Positions 27,501 to 37,226 of a stretch of DNA of 64,000 nucleotides are shown here, one piece after another. The number at the start of each line of letters is the position of its first letter. Position 1 is the first letter of the stretch. The notes under the pieces were generated by a model that was given only the letters and a program-made list of their open reading frames with translations, was not told the origin of the DNA and ran no database searches. A program made the translations under genes and the position numbers. Origin of the DNA: Azolla caroliniana. Lineage: Eukaryota > Plantae > Polypodiophyta. Location of the stretch: the NCBI GenBank assembly GCA_043228905.1, contig JBHGNT010000003.1, positions 6,014,001 to 6,078,000 on the forward strand, written 5' to 3'.

Positions 27501-28340
27501 TTCATGTGGGCGCAATTAGAGAGACCATTGGTGATGATGTTATCACGCCAACTCCGAAGCAAATCAAGATTACCGCATGACATTATTAGGGCCGAGTTCA
27601 GCTTATCTCCGATGTTAGTAGAGACACTTTTTCAACTTGTAGTCTTTATTCACAAGATACATAGCCAACCACATGATAGAATATCTCATCAAGCCTTTGA
27701 GGCCTCTCAATCACTATATGAGTCTGGCTATACTAGCTCATGGTATGACATGATGGTGAGTTGGCTTTTTGTGAACAATCTAGACATTAATAACCTACCT
27801 CCCCTTAGGTACAACCATGTGATTGATAACACTTTAATCTCTCATGAGGCACGCAATAAAGTAATACGCCAAGAAATATGGAAAATTTACACTCGGTATA
27901 AATGGATTACCCCACTAGAGCCACTCCCATCTAAAATGTTGTAATATGAGGAACACTTCATGCACTTCTAAGTTAGGTTTTATTACGCGACCAAAATATC
28001 TAAATGTATTCTTACCACATGCACTAAGGGTTGCCATTGGACAACTTGAATATCATCGCACCAACTTAAGATTGAGAATAGTTGGTTATGTAGGTTATGC
28101 CACATAGAGAGGGTTGGAGTCCCTAGCGAGGAAAGGATATGTAGGTTATGCCACATAGAGATAGAGGATGAGTACCACTTTACATGCAAGTGTTCAACCT
28201 ACGCCAAGATAAGGGCAAAATACCACAAAATACCAAGACATACTTGGTTCCTCTCCCACCCTCCCCAAACTATATTAGATACTCTAGATATAAAGAAATT
28301 AGGCAAATACATCCTAGAGCTAAAACGACACAAAGAGAAT
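24600..28340 (+). mobile_element. Degenerate LINE of a second, non-L1 type (RTE-X/L2/CR1-like), with an internal RT deletion
   Basis: Coiled-coil ORF1 ending IYLDEDL; EN (CYFPP, ADFNART, STVDYL, ADH); RT (PIHKRGD, VDFRKAFDTIPR, GVKQGCPL); C-terminal RLCHIE..EDEYHFTCKC. The clade is a tentative call. Confidence 0.85.
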
Positions 28341-28459
28341 AAATTACAAAATGTTGACAATAATGTTGCTAATGTTCACCAACATATACCGAATAACGTT
28401 TTTCAGGGACAGGGGGAGACAACGAATGTCGATACACCTGTACCACTTGGCCTTTTCCT

Positions 28460-28819
28460 TGATGAAGTTGAAAACCAAAGAAGAACCAAATGCCCTCGGA
28501 TGCCGATGTCGTGAAGATTTTCGGCAATAGTGTGAAAATCCCATAAAACGTACAAAATCGAGTATGAATCATGTAATACTGATGAAGTTGAAAACCAAAG
28601 AAGAACCAAATGCCCTCGGATGCCGATGTCGTGAAGATTTTCGGCAATAGTGTGAAAATCCCATAAAACGTACAAAATCGAGTATGAATCATGTAATACT
28701 GATGAAGTTGAAAACCAAAGAAGAACCAAATGCCCTCGGATGCCGATGTCGTGAAGATTTTCGGCAATAGTGTGAAAATCCCATAAAACGTACAAAATCG
28801 AGTATGAATCATGTAATAC
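28460..28819. repeat. 120-bp x3 perfect tandem repeat spanning the flank/gypsy 5' LTR junction
   Basis: Three identical units, each with 47 bp of flank plus the first 73 bp of the LTR (TGTCGTG at 28507, 28627, 28747). Confidence 0.95.
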
Positions 28820-29899
28820 AATAATTGTGAAGATAACATTTTTATCTAAAGTACAAAATGATGGAGGTTTCGAATGCACTTTATTACACGAGAAATGGAC
28901 AACTAAATGTCAAGATATGAGGGTATAAAGTTTGTGAAAAGAAAAGAGAAAATTGTGAGATATCCCACATAGGCACGACAAATACGACTCTCATCATATA
29001 TAAGGTGGAGCAAAAGATATTATCTTTGTGTCTATGTGTGGAGCATAGAGAGTTCAAGGTAACTTGAACTTAGAGTGGAGGTGGCTAGCTACTCGTAAAG
29101 GGTTTTGGCCAACCAAAACCGGACCGGCGATGGAGCCGGTGATCCGAAAGCATCCGACCGCAATCCGATGGCAGCATGCGGCACCGGTATCCGGCGTCGG
29201 TATTCGGCGTCGGCATCCGGCGGCGGCACCGGTATTCGGCGTCGGCATCCAGCGGCGGACGCGGCATCCGGCGTCGATATCCGACGGCGGCGGCGGTATC
29301 CGGCGTCGGCGGCGGCATCCAACGACGGTATCCGATATCCGGCGTCGGCGTCGGCATCCGACGACGCATCCGGCGAACCGGCGACTAGATAAAATAAATA
29401 TATAATAATATATACATATTTACATATACAAGGACGGCAAGTATGGATTCGAACCTTGCACCTCCAAGTTAGGAGTCAAATGGCTTACCATTAAGCCATA
29501 GTATTTAGTTGAAATTATATTTCTATCATTGTACTTTTACATGTAAATTCTCATCCATGAGTGCTAAAATGAGTGACATGGTTAGCATGCACCACATGTA
29601 ATACTTAAGCGCCAAATGGCAAACATGCAATTTATGCATGCCTTGTACCCTCACATGCATCATATGCATGAGAGCATCTATAAAAGAGGGAAGGGGGAGG
29701 AGAAAAACACGGTTTTTTTTTATGAAAATTAAGAGGAAGAAATTCGTTTTGAAATCAATCGTGTAATCTCATCTTCTCTCTTTCCCAATCTATCTTAAGT
29801 ACTTTCTCGCCAAAGCTTGTATCGACTCTAAATCCTTCTGGTCCAGAACCCCGGCGGTTCCGCCTCACGATCCGCACGTAGTGACAGATCTTCACGACA
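28747..29899 (+). repeat. Gypsy 5' LTR (1153 bp)
   Basis: Near-identical to 35722-36766 except for a GC array that is 108 bp longer. Confidence 0.95.
29446..29498 (-). promoter_or_regulatory. tRNA-like Pol III internal promoter (A box + B box) in the 5' LTR
   Basis: Minus strand reads TGGCTTAATGGTAAGC...GGTTCGAATCC, with D-stem GCTT/AAGC and canonical tRNA spacing. The other stems are degenerate. Confidence 0.7.
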
Positions 29900-29907
29900 A
29901 AATAAAG

Positions 29908-29924
29908 TGGTGAACCCGACGTGA
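29908..29924 (+). promoter_or_regulatory. Primer-binding site, tRNA-Trp
   Basis: TGGTGAACCCGACGTGA is complementary to the plant tRNA-Trp 3' end as I recall it (...TCACGTCGGGTTCACCA). It lies 8 nt after the LTR. Confidence 0.8.
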
Positions 29925-29966
29925 GAGAGGCGGTAGGAAGGATCAAGTCGAGATTAATACTTGGAG

Positions 29967-32165
29967 ATGGCGTCCTCAAGCAACCAAGCAGGAGAGCTCG
30001 AAAGGATGATGCTAATCGTCGAGCAAATGATGAGATCTCGGGACAACGACGCGAGCGTGGAGAAGGCTGTCGATCGTGTCGTAGAGCTCGAGGGCCAATT
30101 CGATGGAAGGAACGTTACGAAGTTCCTTGATGCATATAAGAGGGAGATGAATCAAAGGGACGTGTCCGAGGCACGTCAAATCGCAAGCTTCAAGAGAGTT
30201 GTCGCCAACAACATCCAAAGACGCGTCATCGAGCTTCAAGAAGGAAAGACAACATGGTCCGAGTTCGAGAAAACGATACTAGCGGAGTTCGTGACTGAAG
30301 ACTCAACGAGGATGACTCGACATGCCTTAATGAAGTGGATAGAGAAGAAGAATAAGAAGATGAGCGTCTCGAGGGTGTATGACGAATTCGACCAGATGTT
30401 TAGTCGTCTCCCCAATACGGATCAAGTATTGCTTGAAGAGGACAAGACTTTGTACTTCTTGAAGGCCGTGGACATAAAGGATAGACGGGAGTTGGGGACT
30501 CTTCTCGAAGATGATACCCAAGCAAATGGGCTCGTAGCGGACTGGATCGCGGTGAAGCGGGCATGCAATAGGCTCGACAAGCGTCGCCAATGGGTTGATG
30601 ACACCGACTTGACGGGACCGACTACCACGGAGAAAGCAAGACCACCGAAAGTAGCTGAGCCGCTGAGACAAAGTAACGTGGAAGAAAAGAAGATTGATGA
30701 CGACATTATTGAAGAGCTAGCGAAGAAGTTCGAGAAGGTCACGCTAGCCAACATGAATCGTCGGGGCCCTAAAGGAAAAGAACCCTTTAGATGCGTGTGG
30801 TGCGATAGCATGGACCACATGAGAAGGGATTGTGCGAGCCTCTGAGAGGCGATTCGACAAAATATCGTATACATAGAGGACAACATGATCTGCTCAAGCG
30901 AGACTAGAAGACCCCTACGGGTGAATTTCGGAAGAGGAGGAATGAAGAGATCTATGGAGGATGCCGATGCGACTCATGTGGATGCGATGCACTATGCTGC
31001 GTCGGCCGGAATAAGAGTCGGGAAAGACAAGACTGAAGCCGCTAGAGCGGGAGCAAAGTTTTGGGCTTCCGTTCTCAAATATGAGAAGAAGGGAAAAATC
31101 ACATCGAACGAGGTAGAGCTTGCGGACCGAAGCGTGCAAAGCATAACCGGGTGGTCGGATCCGGTGGACGACAACACCATACTTGCAGAGGTGATGTGCG
31201 ACAACCACGAGGTGTTCGTCGAAGAAAAGAGAAAGAGAATAGAAGACCAAGGGCCATCAAAAAGACATGAAACAAGGAACGCGAAAAAGAAGGACGATGC
31301 GGAGACGAGTCGACCTTTACAAACGGAGGAACGAGAATCAAGCCGAAAAGGGGAGCCGAACATACGAGTTGAAGAAACGGTTCGGCCCGTGAAGGTTGGT
31401 GTCGAAGACCCCGCTCGGAGGACAAGGACTATACCTACCTATAAGCTAAGGTCGGACATAGAGCAGACGACGGACCTAAAGAAGATTCTCGAAGAACGAG
31501 TTCTTGATAGCCACGTAACTTTGTCCTTGAGGGAATTGCTTGGCATTACGAAGAAGGAGTTCCATGACACGATCGTGGACCTTGTAAAGAGAAAGAGACA
31601 ACAATCGGACGAGGAAGAAGAGAAGCCGCAAAAAGCGAAAACGAATGCCATAACGATGGCAAGAGACGAAATCGATGAAGATATGGTGGACAGCCACTAC
31701 ACTCGACCTCATTGGGCACGAGCGACAACGGAGACGCCGGTGAAGATCGGGGAGAAGAAAGAGACCGTCGTAGCCTTGATCGATCACGGCTCGGAGATCA
31801 ACCTCATGTCAACCGACTTCTACAAAAAGGGAAGATGGCCAATCAATACAAACCACGGATGGAAGATTCACGCGGCAACAAAGTCTACGGGGGACTTGTA
31901 CGGAGCTTGTCCCAATGTCAAAGTCACGATCGGGGATGTGGAGATGGATCAACACTTCTTCGTACAAGAATCGGCGTCGCATCCTGTCATCCTAGGGCAA
32001 CCTTATATCACATCATCTCGGATGGAGACCAAAGTGTTCGATAATGGAGCAGCCTTCGCACGAATAAAGAGTCTTGACAACCAAAGATCGGTCCAATTCC
32101 TAACAGTGCGAGCCAATCATGAAAGGAATCGAGATAGTCTCGGAGGCGAATCCTCGGATTTTTAG
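29967..32165 (+). pseudogene. Gypsy gag-protease ORF (one premature TGA at 30843-30845)
   Basis: FDGRNVTKFL gag motif, CVWCDSMDHMRRDC knuckle, ALIDHGSEIN aspartic protease; ends GAT TTT TAG. Confidence 0.9.
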
Positions 32166-35100
32166 AGCGGACTATTGAAGCATGGGGCACAAAGAGTCCG
32201 AGCAATCACAAGACCCCACAAGAAAGAAGAGCACGTGGATTGCAAGGAGAAGCAACATGTGTCACACCTAGTGGCGCATGTAAACTAGTACTACCCGACA
32301 AGAAGCACAAGAGCCGGATACAAGAATTCGAGAAGATGCTGAAAGAAGAGAACATAATAGAAGAAGGGGAGTTCGTGACTCATATTATGGAAGAAGCCTC
32401 ATTTAACGACACCATCGGCGAAATCGAGGACGTCGTGGACTTGAGCTATCATCACAACCAATGCGTGATTTCGGTTAACTCTGTCAACATGTACGCTATC
32501 ATCGATGAATACCATCGTGGCATCTCGATGAAGGAAGCTAACATCAACACGAAATATAAAACGGTGGATAAGAAGATCAAGCCAGTTGCGGTTCCGCTAC
32601 CGGAAGATAGCTGGCAAAAGATGAAGGAAGTCGCTAACGATCCAAGCTTAAGAGATCCGAAGAAGATAGGTCATGACTTCACCAAAGAGACGAAGGGGAA
32701 GCTACGAGTTGGAAAGGAGGATTTCCTTCTCCCTGAAGAGGAGCGAATGTTTCGCGATATGCTTGAGAGACATGGGAAGGCTTTCGCATTCTTCCCACGA
32801 GAAATCGGATGCGCCGACCCAAAGGTTATAGAGCCAATGGTGATCTTCACGGTGCCTCATGTGCCTTGGAATTTGAAACCGATACCGGTTCCGAGAGCAC
32901 ACCTTCCGAAGCTGATCGAGCTCTTAAAGGAGAAGGTGAGTATGGGAATTCTAGAACCGTCGAATGCTCCTTATTCCAATAGGTGGTTCACGGTGCCGAA
33001 GAAGAATGGATCATTGCGATTCATCCAAGATCTTCAACCCGTCAACAAGGTGACAATTTGAAATGCCGGAATCGGTCCGAGCGTGGACGAATTTGTCGAA
33101 GCGTTTGCGGGCCGGTCCATCTACTCCATTGGCGATCTCTACTCCGGATATGACCAATTCCAGTTGGCGATCGACAGTCGGGACATTACAACCATGAGGA
33201 CTCCGATCGGGCTTGTGCGGATGTGTACCTTACCCCAAGGCGAAACGAACTCGGTGGCTCATATGGTGAATGCCATGAATAAAGTCTTGAAGGATTGCAT
33301 TCCGGACATCACGATGCCATTCTTGGATGATATTCCGATAAAAGGATGTTCGGATGAGGAGAAAGATGAATCGAAAGATAAGGAAGGTTGTAGAAAGTTC
33401 GTTGCGGATCATATGAAAGATTGCGAGAAGGTGCTTCAAAGGCTCGAATATGCGAATTTGACATTTTCGGGAGAAAAATCCGCATTCGGGCAACCGGAGA
33501 TCTTGGTGGTAGGTCACTTGTGTGGAGCATACGGCCGGAAGCCCTCGCATCCAAAGTGAACGCAATCCAAGACATGAAAGAAGAATGCGAAAACCAAACG
33601 GAGGTTCGAAGGTTCCTTGGAGCGTGCGCGTTTTATCATATATGGATTCCTCACTACGCTCATGTCGCCGAACCGTTATATGGACTACTAAAGAAAAGAA
33701 TAAAGTTCGAATGGCAAGACGAGCACACAGAGGCGATGCAAAGATTAAAGAAACTGCTTCTTGAAGCTCCGGCACTAAGGAAGGCCGACTATGCCGAAGG
33801 GAAGCCAATTTACGTGACCGTAGATACGAGCCCAACCGGAATCGGGTGGGTCATCAATCAAGAAGGTGAAGATAATGCGCGATATGCCGTCCGGTTCGGA
33901 GCAAAGGTTCTCAGCGAACGACAACAAAGATATGCCCAAGTCAAGCGGGAACTTTGGGGTATTGTGTCGGCAGTGAAGACAGACAAAGATTACCTAATCG
34001 GGTCAGAAGTGATAATAGAGACAGATTGTCTCCCAATTCTCGGAATGGTCTCGGGATGTGCGACCCCAGATCTTGCTATGCTAAGGTGGATCGCCTACAT
34101 CAAGTCTTTAAACCCAGAAATCCGTCACATCGCAGGGAAGAAGAACGCCATGGCTGACATGCTATCGAGGGCAAGATTTTCAAACGGAAGTAACATGGTT
34201 TCGGAAGATGAAGATGTCGCCCTCGACTTCTTCAAGATGGCTCGATTGTCGGCGGAAGACCAGGACACGCAAACCCTCCACGCCTTCAACGAGAACGAGT
34301 ACGAAGGAGAGTGGTTACTCATCGGTAGATTCCTAAGAACATTGACGGCAGATGCTTCGTTGACAAAGGAGGAGGCCCTACGAATCCGAAAGAAAGCTTA
34401 CCGATACTTCTTGAAGGGAGGATTCCTTTGGCGACATCCAAAAAGAAGGACAGGAATACCACGTCGAGTGGTGGTAAAGAAAGAAGAGCAAGAGACGCTA
34501 ATGACCGAATTCCACGAGAGTGCTTGGGCAGGTCATAGAGGAACATGAGCGACGTTCGAAAAGTTGAAGGAGAAGTACTGGTGGCCAATCATGTACAAAG
34601 ATGTACTCCATTTCGTGTCCACATGCGAAACTTGCCAAGTATATTCAAATATACGTCATCGTGATGAGTTAAAGCCGACATACCCACTCACCAGTCATTT
34701 CAAATGGATGGTGGATCTGGTCTCGATGCCAATGGGAGTGGGACAAATGAAGTACTTAGCGCTCGCAAGGGAAGACTTGACAAATCAAGTGGAAGGACGA
34801 GCCTTGACAAATAAGACGACTTCAGCCGTTTGCAAATTTCTACTTGAAGATGTTGTTTGCCGATATGGATGTGTAGGGAAGATAGTGGCCGACCGAGGGG
34901 AGTTGGACGCGCACGAAGCGACGGAGCTCTTCGAAAGACTAGGCGTGAAGCTCTCCCTCACGACTGCCTACAATCCAGAAGCAAATGGGAAGATCGAGCG
35001 AGGGCATGGACCTATCGTTAAAGCCATCGTACGGGCATGCAACGGTCGAGTCGGGAATTGGCCACGACTATTACCCTATGCCTTGTGGGCCGATAGAACG

Positions 35101-35649
35101 ACACATAGCTCGGTGACAAGGTATATGCCGACAGAGCTTATGTATGGACAAAAGCCGATTATGCCCATCGAAAGGACGATCGCCTCATGGGTAGCGATAC
35201 CGTGGGAGAACGAGATGAGCCGAGAAGAGTTATTAGCGGCGCGGATAAGGCAACTTGAAAGAAGACCTGAAGATTTAGAAAAAGCGCGAAAGATGATGAA
35301 GGCAGCCCGAGTAAAGAACAAAGTTCGGTTCGACAACACGCATCGACTTCGTCCCAAGAAGATTGAAGAAGGGGATTGGGTTTTGGTCTACGACAACACC
35401 CTTGACAATCAACATAGTACAACAAGGAAGTTCGCAAGAAGATGGTTCGGGCCGTATGTGGTGACAAGTGCCAACGATAATGCCACATACCACCTTGCGG
35501 AACTAGACGGATCAAGGTTGGCCGTACCCATTGCGGGAAAAAGAGTAAAGCTTTTCAAGATAAGACAAGACAAGGATCCTGACCTCGATTACCTCGACGA
35601 TGAACATAATAGGCCAGATGAAAATGAAGACATGGAGGAATCTAATTGA
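32160..35649 (+). pseudogene. Gypsy RT-RNaseH-integrase ORF in the -1 frame (two stops, one frameshift near 33548)
   Basis: KKNGSLRFIQDL, LPQG, FLDD (RT); TVDTS, ETDCLP, ADMLSR (RH); H..GHRG...CETCQ, ADRGE, NGKIERGH, WFGPY (IN). Confidence 0.93.
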
Positions 35650-35721
35650 TCATCGTAGCCGAAATCTCACTTCTTCTCTTCTTGGCACGTACCGGAGGAC
35701 GTGCGGTTTGGTGGGGGTGGA

Positions 35722-36766
35722 TGTCGTGAAGATTTTCGGCAATAGTGTGAAAATCCCATAAAACGTACAAAATCGAGTATGAATCATGTAATACAATAAT
35801 TGTGAAGATAACATTTAATATCTAAGTACAAAATGATGGAGGTTTCGAATGCACTTTATTACACGAGAAATGGACAACTAAATGTCAAGATATGAGGGTA
35901 TAAAGTTTGTGAAAAGAAAAGAGAAAATTGTGAGATATCCCACATAGGCACGACAAATACGGCTCTCATCATATATAAGGTGGAGCAAAAGATATTATCT
36001 TTGTGTCTATGTGTGGAGCATAGAGAGTTCAAGGTAACTTGAACTTAGAGTGGAGGTGGCTAGCTACTCGTAAAGGGTTTTGGCCAACCAAAACCGGACC
36101 GGCGATGGAGCCGGTGATCCGAAAGCATCCGACCGCAATCCGATGGCGGCATGCGGCACCGGTATCCGGCGACGGTATCCGGCGTCGGCATCGGCATCTA
36201 GCGACGGTATCCGGCATCCGGCGTCGGCGTCGGCATCCGGCGAACCGGCGACTAGATAAAATAAATATATAATAATATATACATATTTACATATACAAGG
36301 ACGGCAAGTATGGATTCGAACCTTGCACCTCCAAGTTAGGAGTCAAATGGCTTACCATTAAGCCATAGTATTTAATTGAAATTATATTTCTATCATTGTA
36401 CTTTTACATGTAAATTCTCATCCATGAGTGCTAAAATGAGTGACATGGTTAGCATGCACCACATGTAATACTTAAGCGCCAAATGGCAAACATGCAATTT
36501 ATGCATGCCTTGTACCCTCACATGCATCATATGCATGAGAGCATCTATAAAAGAGGGAAGGGGGAGGAGAAAAACACGGTTTTTTTTTATGAAAATTAAG
36601 AGGAAGAAATTCGTTTTGAAATCAATCGTGTAATCTCATCTTCTCTCTTTCCCAATCTATCTTAAGTACTTTCTCGCCAAAGCTTGTATCGACTCTAAAT
36701 CCTTCTGGTCCAGAACCCCGGCGGTTCCGCCTCACGATCCGCACGTAGTGACGGATCTTCACGACA
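35722..36766 (+). repeat. Gypsy 3' LTR (1045 bp), including the tRNA-like cassette at 36313-36365 on the minus strand
   Basis: TGTCGTGAAGAT...ATCTTCACGACA. Confidence 0.95.
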
Positions 36767-36779
36767 CCGTATTTCAAAG

Positions 36780-37184
36780 CAACTCGACGTGGTGTAGAAG
36801 CAATAACATATATAAAGGAATGTAACCTACATCGCCTAAAAGCCATAGCTGGGGCAATTTCTACACTGGGACCACGGGTCACACCCCATACAAAAACCCT
36901 TTGACCTCCCACTTCTTTTCGAGAGGCTTGGGTGAAAATGAAATTAGGCTTAGTGCAAAGTCACTTCCTCTATCGAATATACCATGTTTTGTATACTATT
37001 AGAACTCTTTTAGATTAAGTTCTATTTTTATTAATTTTTGTTTTGTATACTATTAGAACTCTTTAGATTAAGTTCTATTTTTATTAATTTTTATTTTGTG
37101 TTTAGTTCGGACGATTGGATAAATACCCATTTTGTTGTACGACAATTGTCTCATGGGCCAAATGTGGCCTTATGAAGATGTTAA

Positions 37185-37226
<42 letters not shown>

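Larger units (their letters stand above)
28747..36766 (+). mobile_element. Full-length Ty3/gypsy LTR retrotransposon, no chromodomain seen
   Basis: LTRs at 28747-29899 and 35722-36766 with 12-bp terminal inverted repeats TGTCGTGAAGAT/ATCTTCACGACA, PBS, G-rich PPT at 35710-35721, gag-PR-RT-RH-IN order. TSD is imperfect (CCGA/CCGT). Confidence 0.97.

Noticed and set aside
28460-28819. CRISPR-like array or repeat-protein ORFs (28369-28879)
   Set aside because: Units are identical with no unique spacers, the context is eukaryotic, and the ORFs are by-products of the triplication.
29054-29405. Arg/Ala/Pro-rich ORFs in all six frames (also 36029-36272)
   Set aside because: These come from the stop-poor GC array inside the LTR.
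29435-29505. Functional tRNA gene
   Set aside because: Acceptor, anticodon and T stems do not pair; only the D-stem and the A/B boxes are intact.
30012-35515. Antisense and alternate-frame ORFs within the gypsy and copia interiors
   Set aside because: Shadow ORFs of GC-rich coding sequence with no independent motifs.
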